NCBI RefSeq assembly: GCF_001194135.2
Contig: NC_068984.1
Coordinates: 38,490,782 to 38,528,099, forward strand
Direction: 5' to 3'
Source: Octopus bimaculoides
Lineage: Eukaryota
Length of the DNA: 37,318 nucleotides
Made by a program: the position numbers and the translations under genes. This document shows, one piece after another, positions 22,698 through 33,806 of this stretch (position 1 is its first letter; every line of letters starts with the position of its first letter). The notes under the pieces are model-generated. The model saw only the letters and a program-made list of their open reading frames with translations, ran no database searches and was not told where the DNA came from.

Positions 22698-22959
22698 CTT
22701 TAAAATGTAGTGTAGAAATAAATATGTGCTTATTTTAAAGTGCTTTGAGGAAGCTATAAGGCAATGCACAAGTGCTCAGTTCTGAGTACAGTACTTTTCA
22801 TAGAAACAGTTGTAAGCAATGAAATTGATAATGTAACTCCTGCTCCCTTGTCATTCTATTAATTTACATATATTTTATACATACACACACACACATATAT
22901 TTACAATATACTCTTATATATACATATATATTTACAATATACTCATATATAATATATAT

Positions 22960-23280
22960 TGACTGTCGGTGGCACGTAAAAAGCACCATCCGAACATGGT
23001 CGATACCAGCCTCTCTGCCTTGACTGGCTCCTGTGCTGGTAGCATGTAAAAAGCACCATCCGAACGTGGCTGATGCCAGTGCCGCCTGACTGGGTCCTGT
23101 GCCAGTGGCACGTAAAAAACACCCACTGTAATCTCGGAGTGGTTGACGTTAGGAAGGGCATCCAGCAGTAGAAACATTGCCAGATCAGATTGGAGCCTGG
23201 TGCGGTCTCCTGGCTTGCCAATCCCCAGTCAAACCGTCCAACCCATGCCAGCATGGAAAATGGACTTTAAACGATGATGA
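22960..23280 (+). mobile_element. RTE-tailed SINE (Ceph-SINE-like) with three internal repeats of about 65 bp
   Basis: ggtggcacgtaaaaagcacc three times, then ggagtggttgacgttaggaagggcatccagc, and ccatgccagcatggaaaatggactttaaacgatgatga tail. Confidence 0.88.
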
Positions 23281-23324
23281 TATTTATAATATACTCTTAC
23301 ATATAATATACATATATATTTATG

Positions 23325-23465
23325 ATAGGTACAGGTATGGCTGTATATTTAAAGAAGTTTGTTCCACAACCACCTGATTTTAGGTGCAGCTGCACTGCAT
23401 GGTACCTTCAGCAAGTGATTTCCACAACAAATGGAAACTGAAAGAAGCCCATTGCAGTGTGTATG
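23325..23465 (+). mobile_element. CORE-type SINE, 5' half
   Basis: ggctgta ... ctgcatggtaccttcagcaagtg ... atggaaactgaaagaagccc. Confidence 0.7.
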
Positions 23466-23699
23466 GGGCATAGTAGTAGAAGGGACTTACCCATACAATA
23501 AGACTAAACCCAAAACTACATGCTGGAAACAACACAGCTATGCCTATATACATATGTACACATGCTTACACGTACACATCTATATATATGTTTACGTATA
23601 TGGATATATGTGAGCATGCATATGTGTGTGTCTGCATGTATATACATCATTGTAACCTCTCTTGAACTCATGACCATTATATCATATCAGGTTACATCT

Positions 23700-24175
23700 T
23701 GAAGGTTATGCTTTTGCAATCAAAAAGCAGGAGATATCTACAAATACTTAAAAGAGATGGTGGAAGCCCTGAAACCCCAAGATGCAACCAAAAATGTTGA
23801 TTATGTCACACTTCTGTGGAAGGCATTACTTATGTGATCAGCAGCTGCCAAAAACATGTCATCAAGTTACTATCTCCCATTGCCATATGCTGTTGTTTGC
23901 TAAAATAATATACAATGTCATCTGTGAGAAAAAAATGTCCTGGGATAAAAATAGACAATGCCCTTATTGAATATATACATATCAACACAAGGAATATTGG
24001 TGGAACATTCCATTGACACTGCCAAAAGTAAACATAACAGACCTGACATAGCTGGCCAAGAGAGGAAAGAAAAATTATGTATAGACAGAGACATCAGCTG
24101 TTATGCAGATGTGATAATTTGTTCCAAAACCAGTGAGAAGGAGAATATTTATGGATATGGCTTTGAAACTTGCAA
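23700..24175 (+). mobile_element. R4/Dong-like LINE remnant (CCHC plus restriction-like endonuclease region)
   Basis: Residual EGYAFAI, and KSKHNRPDIAGQERKEKLCIDRDISCYADV..KTSEKENIY matching the RLE R(P)D..(D/E)xK region. Confidence 0.7.
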
Positions 24176-24257
24176 TTTTTGTATCCTGATTATAAATACA
24201 CATTTATATCAATAATTATCGGTGCACTTGGTTATGTAAGCTTTTGTAGATTGTCAC

Positions 24258-24300
24258 CGAAACATTTGCTAAAGATTTTCAAGTGAAGTAAGGCAACCAG
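24258..24300 (-). CDS. Candidate exon (LVALLHLKIFSKCF+G)
   Basis: AG/GT boundaries with one open frame; weak donor GTGACA. Confidence 0.2.
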
Positions 24301-24782
24301 CTAATGTGTTCTTTACAAATACAATCAGTAAATGGAACACAAAAATATCAAAGACATTTTTTTTCAATTTCAACATGTACCATATATATTTGTTGTCATC
24401 TAAATTCTAGTGGAGTTTTATTTCTTTGTTAGAAACCAGTTTCTTCCTTGGAGGAAAATTTCAATAATACACAAATAAAATAGTTGTGCATACAGAAGTG
24501 TGCACACACACACACACACACACACATAAATATTTACCTCTACATATTTCCACATAACTGATTATTATTACCACTAATAATCAATAAACTGTCTGTCACC
24601 AATAATTAATAAACCATTTGGCATTCCATGTCATTAATAAGACTATCAGGCTGATGCCCTAGTGAGAAGATATGCAACCAAGAGCACAGAGATTTCCATG
24701 CATTGAAAGATGTTGGCAATGTTAATAGATATACAAAGGAATATATGCATACATGCATCCACAAATATACACACACCATCAC

Positions 24783-24890
24783 CATCATCATTTAATGTCT
24801 ATTTTCCATGTTGGAATGGGTTGGATGGTTTGACTGAAAACTAGTAAGCTGCACCAGGTTTCATGTAAAAACCAATCCTCATTGGATGGA
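24783..24890 (-). mobile_element. RTE-tailed SINE 3' end
   Basis: catcatcatttaatgtctattttccatgttggaatgggttggatgg. Confidence 0.75.
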
Positions 24891-24914
24891 GGCAGATAGT
24901 CAACAGGGCGGGGG

Positions 24915-25470
24915 CAAGGTAATAGCATGGTGTGGGATTTGGCACAATCAAGTAATTGGACCATTTTATTTTGAGGGCCCTGTGACAGGTGATTTATATT
25001 GAACATGCTTGTCAACAAGATGATGCCTCACGTGCATTCACTTGAAAGGGGAAAACCTGTCTAGTTTCAGCAGGATGGGGTTCCCCTCCATTATGCATTA
25101 CAGGTTCATGTATTTCTGATTGCACCTTTTCCAGGGAAATTGCTCAAGCATCGCAGACCAATTGAATGAGCACTGTGGTCACCAGATTTAACTCCCATGG
25201 TCTTTTTCTTCTGGGGCTACATTAAATCCCTTGTGTATTCTGAAGATTCATGACCAAGGACACCATCTTCAAAGAATTGCTGAAGTGTGTGAACAAGTCA
25301 ACGGCAATGAAAAGTTATTTGAGAGGGTTCAGCACAATTTCAAATTCTCTATGAACACTTGTTTAGAGCTACATGGCCAACACTTTGAACATTTGTAATG
25401 GATTACCTACTTTATTACTAATAAAGCATACTTGATATCTCCCATGGTGCATGGCCGTGGTCACCCTGTA
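24915..25470 (+). mobile_element. Tc1/mariner-superfamily transposase remnant with right TIR
   Basis: AWCGIWHNQVIGPFYFEGPVTG ... FQQDGVPLHY ... WSPDLTPMVFFFWGYIKSLVY (DDD-domain motifs); ends ggtcaccctg|TA. Confidence 0.88.
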
Positions 25471-25587
25471 TAATATATAATAATACTCTCGAGTTCGAAT
25501 GCCAGTGAAACAATTGCAAATTTATGTAATAAAACAATTTGCTCACTCCACTCCTTGCTAACAATTTATTCATATATGATCACTATT

Positions 25588-25780
25588 TAATAATCATTTT
25601 CCATGCTGGCATGGGTTGGACGGTTTGACCATTCAAGCCTGGAGAGCTGCACCAGGCTCAAATTGTCTGCTTTGGCGTGGTTTCTACAGCTGGATGTCCA
25701 TCCTAATGCCAACCACTTTACAGAGTGAACTAAGTGCTTTTTATGTTGCAGGAGCTTTTTAAGTGGCACCAGCATGGATG
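25588..25780 (-). mobile_element. RTE-tailed SINE
   Basis: ttttccatgctggcatgggttggacgg ... gtttctacagctggatgtccatcctaatgccaaccac. Confidence 0.85.
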
Positions 25781-25877
25781 CTGCATAAATACACACATGT
25801 AACTGAAGTCAAAACCATGTGGCTTGGAAGCAAACTTTAACCACATGTGTGTGAAAGAGAGAGTGAGAGAGAGAGTG

Positions 25878-26050
25878 GTGTCAATTCCACATAAAAAGCA
25901 CTCAGTACAATATAAAATAGTTGGTATGAGGAAGGGCACCCAGCCATTGGAAGCATGCCAAAGCAGACAATAGAGCTTGGCACAGTCTTCTGGCTTGTCA
26001 GTCAATTCCTATCAAACTATCTAACCCATACCAACACGGAAACAGTACAT
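25878..26050 (+). mobile_element. RTE-tailed SINE
   Basis: aaaaagcactcagtaca ... ggaagggcacccagcc ... ctaacccataccaacacggaaacag. Confidence 0.75.
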
Positions 26051-26719
26051 TGAGGACTAACTTAAGCAACATGTCTATTTTTAAGATTGCAGGATATGAT
26101 TTGAGGGAGACCAGACTTATTTCTAGCATGTTGAATGACCAGATAGAGGTTCTATTATTGGCTCTGCACATCCTGCATCATTTTGGTCTTTAAAAATCAT
26201 ATTGTAATAATAGAGGTTTTCAAACATCATCTAAGCCATTAAACAGAAGGAAACCAAATCCTACAATTATTAAAAATTCAATGTTGATTACCATTGCGTG
26301 TATGTGCGCATGTGCAAGGTGTACACATGTGTGCATGTACACATGCATGCGTGTGCATTTTTTCAGACTCTTTAAATTACATGCTGAGAAAATAAATGAA
26401 AGCTAGGAAAAGACAGAGAGAAGAGGGAAATGTTCAAATCTTAACTATATATAAATATCTATGTCTATCATGATCAGCCTTCTATTTGAGATTTTATTTG
26501 ATAAAAGGTTAAGAAGCTTTTCAGATTACTTTCACAGATGATATTTATGACAGACAGACAGACAGTTTGAGGCAATGAAAGTAAGTAGACAAGAGAAAAC
26601 TAGATTTCACTTAGGAAAAACCCAGTGTCTTGTAAGACTGGTAATGGCCTGAGTCAGCAGCAATTAGGTCATAGAGTTTGGAGAAGAGTTTGATAAGTTT
26701 AATTATCATGAGTAACAAA

Positions 26720-27105
26720 CTTACTTTCACTTATTTCAGTCACTGAACTGTGGTCAAAATGGGGCATCACCTTGGAGGGTCTTTAGTTTAAAATATTTCC
26801 CCCAGTACTTCATTTTTGGTTTTTCTTTTTCCTTTTAAGTCTGGAACTTATATTTTTGGTCTCCTTTACTAAACTGCTAAGTTACAGGGACTTATACAAA
26901 CTAACACTGGTTGTTAAGTGGTGGGATGATAAACACAAAGACATACACATACACTCACAGTTTCCATTTAACAAATTCACTCACAAGGTACTGGTTAGCC
27001 CAGAGCTATAATAGAAGGCATATACCCAAGTTGCCATACAATGGGACTGGACCAAAAACTATTTGGTTGCAAAGCAAACTTTTTGACCACACAGCCACAC
27101 CTGTA
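26720..27105 (-). mobile_element. CORE-type SINE, near full length, degenerate
   Basis: tatttcagtcactgaactgtggtc ... ctgctaagttacagggac ... ttgaccacacagccacacctg. Confidence 0.8.
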
Positions 27106-27564
27106 CTGGACTTTCTTTAGAAATAGCTGCTACAAAATGCAATTAAAGAGACTTGGATATCATGAGTTTGTAATGTGTCATTCTCAGTAGATTCAAAGAT
27201 GGTATCTGAAAATTATTAAGTGTTCTATCTTGTATTGTTGCTGGTTGTCTTTGACTAAAATCGATTCCTTAGATTGGAGGCTCAAGATAATCTAAACACA
27301 GTTGAGAAAGTAACTTTGCCTCAACCATTTTTTGCCTATGAACTCCTTTGATTCCTATTTTACTCTCATAGCCATTCAATGTTTAAAAAACCCATTACAT
27401 TTTTATGATTATATGTTGTTAGTAATTGTATAAAAATAAGTTATGAAAATTTTGTGTGTATCATAGAAGCATATGCAATTTATTGCAGGTAAATTTTAAC
27501 AACAAAATCTTATGTGGTCCCCAGTTGAGAACCACAGATCTAACAGAATCATTAGTATTTTGGG

Positions 27565-27745
27565 TAAGAACATGCTTAGCAGCATTTCTTCTGGTTCTTC
27601 ACATTCTGAGTTCAAATCCCATTGAGGTCAACTTTACCTTTCATCCTTTTGGAGTTGATAAAATAAGTACCAGTCAAGAGCTGAGCTTGAGACTAAAATC
27701 CTCCCCATAAAATTGCAGGCCTTGTACCAAAAGTTAAAACAATTA
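27565..27745 (+). mobile_element. Second tRNA-SINE family (Meta-like domain)
   Basis: atgcttagcagcatttc ... ttctgagttcaaatccc ... ctttcatccttttggagttgataaaataagtaccag ... aaattgcaggccttgtacc. Confidence 0.85.
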
Positions 27746-27760
27746 TTTCACTATATGTAC

Positions 27761-27787
27761 TGGACACTTGTGATAAAGGCCATCATC
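27761..27787 (-). other. Candidate 27-nt exon
   Basis: Strong acceptor ttttctctttatctattttattttactag; weak donor GTACAT; reads DDGLYHKCP or MMAFITSV depending on phase. Confidence 0.25.
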
Positions 27788-28030
27788 CTAGTAAAATAAA
27801 ATAGATAAAGAGAAAACTCCTGTTTGTAGTAATCTCCAGACAAGAAAAATGTTTTTTTTTCAATTTACTTTCAGTAATATATCTAATTATTCTCTACCAA
27901 GATAATTTAGAGTGTGCATGTAAGTGTAACAACAATTTGTAATTAGGTCTAATGTTACATGTTCGCCACAAATATTGTGACATGAATCAACCAAATCTCT
28001 AATTGAGGAAGGACTGTACTAAGAACATAC

Positions 28031-28043
28031 CCCTTCCACAATC
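28031..28043 (-). other. Candidate 13-nt micro-exon GATTGTGGAAGGG
   Basis: About 45-nt polypyrimidine tract ending ttcttccag, donor GTATGT. Confidence 0.5.
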
Positions 28044-28550
28044 CTGGAAGAAAAAAAAAAAACTAAGAAAAGTAAAAGGAAAAAGAAACTCTTGTAATGA
28101 CAAACAAAACAAGTTTCTGAATAATGAACAGGTTGTTTCAGATGACATCAAGTGAAATTAATGGGTAAGATACTAAAAAAGTACTTGACTTTTAACTTGG
28201 AGCTGCTAAAATTAAAGACTGCTGGTAGAAGATTGAGTTACCTTCCTGCCGTTAGGAAACTATGTCAATATCAGAATAGGTTTCATTGATTAGTTCTTAT
28301 AGAATTAAAAAATGACTAAAAGAGATATATAACTATCCTTTTTTTGTTTTTGATTTTTAATAAGCAAAAACACCATGTTTTTTTTGGGGGGGGGGGGGAC
28401 ATGAGGCAAGTGGTATGCATATCTTTCTAAATGACCTACCTACCAACAAAATATCAAAAGCAGCTTAGAAACTCTAAATACTAAGAGCTTAGTTTATGTA
28501 ATAGAAGGGATTTTAACAGAAAAAGTTTAAAATACTACAAATATTTATAA

Positions 28551-28762
28551 CCCATTAGTGTTCAAACTGGCCATATCTGGCCCAAATATTCTACTAGTTC
28601 AAATTGACCAGATCAAGCTTTCACACCTATCCTACAACGCCATTCCAAAAGCATACAATCCCATCATTGAAATCTCAAGGCTACAAGATAATGTACAATT
28701 AATTCAAAACAATGTGAATAAATAGGCATTACATTTGGCAGAGAGATCTGATTGTTAAAGGG
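28551..28762. mobile_element. piggyBac-like MITE, 212 bp
   Basis: ataa|cccattagtgttc ... ttgttaaaggg|ttaa; CCC..GGG termini; homologous to 11939-12158. Confidence 0.65.
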
Positions 28763-28934
28763 TTAATAAGTATAATGTTGCATTTGGTAGCGATGAATTG
28801 AATTCAAATGTAGATGTAACACATCTCTCATTTGCAGAGAGAAACAGGATCCTACACAGATTGTTATGTATATACAGAATCATAATTTCTATACTCAGTT
28901 TTTACATGCTGGCATGGGTTCCACTGATCTGTTT

Positions 28935-29140
28935 CAATGGAACATCTCACAACTTTTTGCATGGTCTTTCACCATTTCCTTTGTAAAGCTCAGCATCCTG
29001 AGATGGATCTCATCACTAACAGATACCTTTCACTTGCATCATGAAACAATGTTTTACCCAATAATCATTTTTTATGTGCATCACACATCCATAACCTTGC
29101 AGTCTTCTGTCTTACACAACTGACAATTCTAATGCTTAGT
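28935..29140 (-). mobile_element. Decayed RTE LINE 3' fragment
   Basis: Residual similarity to 21290-21570, next to an RTE-type tail at about 28890-28925. Confidence 0.4.
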
Positions 29141-29704
29141 TCCTATATATTTATGTCTGTGAGCACTCACATACATAAAGACATGAATATACACAAATGC
29201 CTTTGGTATCTTTATATGAGTTTATTAGGCAGTACTTCATTCAGCATATTTTTTGATACTAAACCAAACTCATCTTTCAAACGGCCTGCCAGTTCAAAAC
29301 CACCATTTAAAACCTACTGGGAAAGCTAATGAGGGATCTGCTACATGATCTACTCAACTTATTACAAATGACTACTAAATCTCCCTCAGATAATACTATA
29401 CTTCCAAGAAAAAAAGAAAATAAAAAAGATTATGGCAGGAATGCCTTTGTTTATAAACTGGTTTAATTAGAGCCAACTTGGTTTAAACAGCAAAAACCTG
29501 TTAGACAAGCAATGAGGGAGCCTTTATGCTGCAACTTGATTTACTAAGAACAGCAGTCACATCACCCTCAAATCATGTCTTACTATCTTTTAAAACCAGT
29601 GTTGCAAAGACATTAACTCTTAGCTCCTGTATGAGTCAGTAGAGCACAGGGCTGCATCAGCTAGCCTGTCCTGAAATGCACCAGATTACAAGAATCATAC
29701 TAAC

Positions 29705-29775
29705 CTTGTTTACATTCATTTTGAAGGCAGCGAGGAACTCTTTAGAAAAAACTAATACCTTCTATTATTTCTAGT
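29705..29775 (-). CDS. Candidate exon with a possible start codon (CAAA-ATG AAT GTA AAC AAG = MNVNK, 29719-29705)
   Basis: Acceptor attctattacag, donor AAG|GTTAGT, invertebrate Kozak-like CAAAATG. Confidence 0.4.
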
Positions 29776-30179
29776 CTGTAATAGAATCATTACAGGACTG
29801 GGCTTTTGATTCATGTATGATATTAAGATTTAAATATGCAGCTTCCTAAATACACAACGCCTGATAAAAGACAGAATAGTCACAACTGATAGACCTGACT
29901 CACTAATTTATAGAATTTGTGTGAGTGGGTAAATTTCAGAGGAAATGTGACATCTGCTCTTTCTTTTAACAGGTTTACTTCATAGTCAAATTCCTGTCCA
30001 CCCTGTACATTATTAAGTACTAATTTTCAATCAGCTCACCAAATCCCATTACAAACTCAACTACTCACTTGTCTCTGCATTGCCTAAAATACTGCTTGCT
30101 GGAAAAACTATCTTGCTGAGCCAATAAGAGAATCACTACATGACTGACCTGCAAGAAACAGCACACATATACAACTTAC

Positions 30180-30282
30180 TCAAAATACACTCCGTGTTAG
30201 AAAAGAACAGGATAATTTGATCCAAAGTACACTGTACTTGGAAAAAGACAAGATGGTCAGCTTGATCAAGGTTGACCTAGAG
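30180..30282 (-). other. Well-bounded candidate exon; non-coding if the first AG is used, VNLDQADHLVFFQVQCTLDQIILFFSNTECIL if the second AG (start 30276) is used
   Basis: More than 20 T before TAG, consensus donor GTAAGT. Confidence 0.55.
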
Positions 30283-30464
30283 CTAAAAAAAAAAAAAAAA
30301 AAAAAAACAATTATCTACAGGTTCTTTGTAATTTTAATGATTCTACTAAATTAACCAAACTCAGATCAGGACAATATTTCTGTGAAATTGACCTGGATTC
30401 TTGAAGCTATTTGCTCACAGCTTTCATGATTATGCTAGTCATTGAAAGAAAAGTCAACACAACC

Positions 30465-30565
30465 TTATCATCATCATTATAACATTCACTTTTCCATGCT
30501 GGCATTGGTCAGACAGAATTTGTAGAGGCAGCTAGATACCCTTCCTGTCACCAACCCTCACTTAT
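30465..30565 (-). mobile_element. RTE-tailed SINE 3' fragment
   Basis: tcatcatcattataacattcacttttccatgctggcat ... cccttcctgtcaccaacc. Confidence 0.7.
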
Positions 30566-30638
30566 ATTGATATTATTTAATGACATGATCCATACAATCT
30601 GCTAAGCTTTCTCCAGTTTTAGATGGTTTGGAAATGAG

Positions 30639-30639
<1 letters not shown>

Positions 30640-30678
<39 letters not shown>
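30640..30678. repeat. Poly-A tract (about 39 nt)
   Basis: Direct reading. Confidence 0.97.
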
Positions 30679-30679
<1 letters not shown>

Positions 30680-30799
30680 CAGCCTTTTTATGTTGTCTTT
30701 TTCAAGGTAAATTTGAGATAAGTATATAAATAAAACAATACCTCTGCAAACCTGCTGTGGTGAGCAGTGCTTCTGCATGGTACCTATTTAAAGTAAAGT

Positions 30800-32900
30800 G
30801 AACAGAGAAAAAGTTAAAGTGTCTTAGCTAGAGATAATCTAGCATTAGTGATAGTATACTAATTGTCGAATTTTGGGGCAAATGAAGGCAACACTTTAAT
30901 AACTTATATCTCATTGTGTATCTTGATACCTATGTAAGTAATACATCCATAATAATAGCTAAAGCAACATTTCAGAAATAAGCTTGAGAATTCAGAAATT
31001 AATATAAATAGAAATGTTAATGTAGTTAAAATGTTACAAAAAATTTGAAAATTAGGCAGCCAACTCTGTCAAAGCCTAGTAGATAAAATGGGACATTTGA
31101 ATTGTGGGTGGGTAGATATATCATGAAATTCTTGTCAATGGATATGGCTAACTAGGAAAGTAGGAGTTAAAAAATAAAAGATTGAGAAAACAGAATGCGT
31201 TTTGTCTGTTATAAGACAACTTCAGGGATAATTTGAGATTACAGATAGTAAGGAAGAGATGGTGTGTACATGAGATATCTTGCACTAAAACTAGGATTCC
31301 ATATAGTGAAGCCACAATAGAAGACAGTCACTACCCACAGTCTTTGGAGACCTTCTGTGATTAGTCAGAAGGAGGTGCAAGGTTAGTGCAGTTTATAATG
31401 TAGATTTGATAAGTTGGAAACGACTATTATTAAGAGAATAAATTGTAGGGTAGGAGTTCCACTAAATGGCAATCTTTTGAATAAAGTACTGTGTAATAGC
31501 CTATGTAACAGCATAGGGTTTAAGGAGAGAAATACAATGAAGAGAGGGGGGGGGAAGGGAGTGTTTCTGGAAAGTTCAAAAGAGCAAAGTTCATTACAGT
31601 GGTAGAGAGAAAGGTTATTCAGAGATAGAAGATTTTCAACAGATGGTTTTCTGCAGAATAGGATGTGAATGATCAAAAGATGTTTACCATCCCGTTTATG
31701 AAGGCAGCACTCCAAAATAAAGAGATATTTGAATCTTGTAATGATTCAGCAATTGCTCTGGGATGAAATATTTAGTTGAACTAGTAGGCAGTCATTTCTG
31801 TTTGAAGTAGTTTCAGCAATATTAAGAATATGATGCTTCTAAGAAAAATTGCTGGAATACTGAGGCCTAGTGTATTTGTTGGTAAAAAGAAAATTCTTAA
31901 ACTTGGTATTTATTAAGAAAAGAAATGTGATATGGATCATCATCTTTGAAGTATGTGTCATGTGCATTTAGTCAGGTGTTATTGAATTTTAAGATCCCAA
32001 TAGGAAGGCAGAAGGAAAGAGGATGAAAAAGTTTGGAAATTAGTTAAATATAAATACCAATAATTTTGTCCGATATGTTTTAACCATTTGAGTAGGATCA
32101 AGTAAATGTTGTTCAGAGTAATTTGTATAGAATTAGCAAAGGTTTGATCAATTAGTATATTTGGAGGATAAAAGAAATTTAAAAGAAGAGTTGGTGGTTT
32201 AGAATAGTTACCTGTAGTACAGCTAGTGTTTATGAAGTAGTATTGTAGTATTTAGAAGATAATAGGAGCAACAGATATTAGTGTAGCAACAGAATTTGAG
32301 TTCTGAAAGTTGCAGTCAAACTAGCAGCAGGAGAAACTGACTGGTGAAAAAGATGTTTAAAACTATAGAAATCACAGTTTCTGTACTAGCTGGGTCAATG
32401 TGGATACAAGTTGGAAAGTCAGACACAGTTATGGTTATTAAAATTGTAGTAAACCTTCTTTGAGGAATGAAAATCTTTAGTGGATAACATCGATGGAAGA
32501 GGTGAGACAATGAGAGTTGAATAGATTATTTGGAACAAGTTGAGTGTTATATAGTAACTGGAGCTCTTTATTGGTCATGATTAGGTGACAGATATGTGAC
32601 AGAGAGTGGGCATACATAGGTACACATTTTCTTAAGGCTGAAATTGATGTGAAAAGTACAGAGATGGTAGTTGAGGTCAGCAGTGGTCTTAGAATGTTAG
32701 CTAAGTTGTATTAATCTAAGAAAAGTGTATTTGGTTTAGGAAGATAAACATTAATATAGTAAGTCGGAACACAGCAGAAGTAGAAAGAAAAACAATATCT
32801 GGAAAACATGCAGGTAAGTGTACAAGATAAGGGAACCGTCTGGAATTATAGATTTGTAGGGAAGAAATTAATGTATAAGATGGATACAAATGGAACTTAA
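30800..32900 (-). mobile_element. Highly decayed CR1/L2-like LINE
   Basis: About 2 kb of strand-skewed sequence with no intact ORF; residual endonuclease-end, PISL-like and PLLF-like RT segments in the expected order on the minus strand (judged by eye). Confidence 0.5.
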
Positions 32901-33707
32901 GTAAAGAGAGATATGCTAAAGACAAACAAACAAGTGAGACGGGTAAATATGCAGAAAGAGAGAGATTAAGACTAATATAATGGGACTAAATATAATTAGC
33001 TAACAGCTAGCTAAATACAAAACATATTGTGGAAAGAAAAAGGACGGTCAAAGAGATACCAGTAAGAAAAAAAAATTAGATTGACAGAACCAAAGAGGAA
33101 ACAAACAAAGTGGAACTGTCATAGTAAGATAAGAAACATCCGGGAACAGAACTGAAAAAAATATAAATAAGAACTTCCTCAGTTACCACACAAAACAGAA
33201 ACGGAACAATAGACAGAAGAGATGTATATGTTTGGTTGAGAAGGGGGATACAATGCAAAAATGTACAGTAATCATTATATACCAAATATTACGGGTGAAT
33301 ATTTTGTAATAAATAACATGAAGAGATTTAATTAGAGATAAACATTATTGAAGGAAGTGTGATTTCCATGGGTTTACTCACAACTAGCTCATCATAACAT
33401 TCCGAATTAGATATAAAATAAGAAATAACGGTGAGATTAAATGAAAGACAATATTAATCACTTGTTGGATTTACAGAATAAGTCACCTCTTTTCTAATTA
33501 GTCTAAGAGACTAGATAAAAGAGAGAGAAATACAAAATTTCTGGAAATAAAAAAAAAGTTTGCTATTGCAAACAATCACCTAGAACAAATTCTAGGCATA
33601 GAACAGGTGGGAGACATTCTTGGATATGACGCTATTCGGAAACGCTCCAACGCCACCCAGAGCTAGAGTAGCCCCTCGCGTTTTCGGCAACCTTATACTA
33701 ATTTTAC

Positions 33708-33806
33708 CAATCTAGATGGATTGGAACAATAAGCTTTGAACTTGTTAAAGGTGGCTATCATTTCTGGCTCTCTTGCCTCCTCAGCCAACAGTTCACCAGT
33801 AAACTT
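33708..33806 (-). CDS. Candidate 99-nt exon (KFTGELLAEEAREPEMIATFNKFKAYCSNPSRL)
   Basis: AG/GT boundaries, phase 0-0, natural amino-acid composition, in frame with MAGG at 34945; product not recognised. Confidence 0.35.

Noticed and set aside
22968-23125. Regularly spaced repeats resembling a CRISPR array
   Set aside because: The intervening sequences are homologous to each other, the context is a eukaryotic SINE, and there are no cas genes.
9300-26590. Scattered plus-strand exon-like segments (e.g. 9662, about 15935-15988, 16167, about 22221-22256, about 26538-26580)
   Set aside because: They do not chain in phase, several are closed in all frames, and strand skew favours minus. They are not excluded without RNA data.
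29215-29313. VLNGGFELAGRLKDEFGLVSKNMLNEVLPNKLI* as a coding exon
   Set aside because: It looks natural, but the acceptor lies at the edge of an old repeat, there is no good donor, and I recognise no homology. Left uncalled.
29640-29719. MNVNKVSMILVIWCISGQAS-TGA as a signal peptide followed by selenocysteine
   Set aside because: A second TGA follows 7 codons later, no SECIS was recognised, and a strong donor after MNVNK explains it more simply.
33578-33662. LWVALERFRIASYP resembling the GPCR TM3 E/DRY motif
   Set aside because: It is isolated, with no other transmembrane segments, and would need an intron of only about 45 nt.
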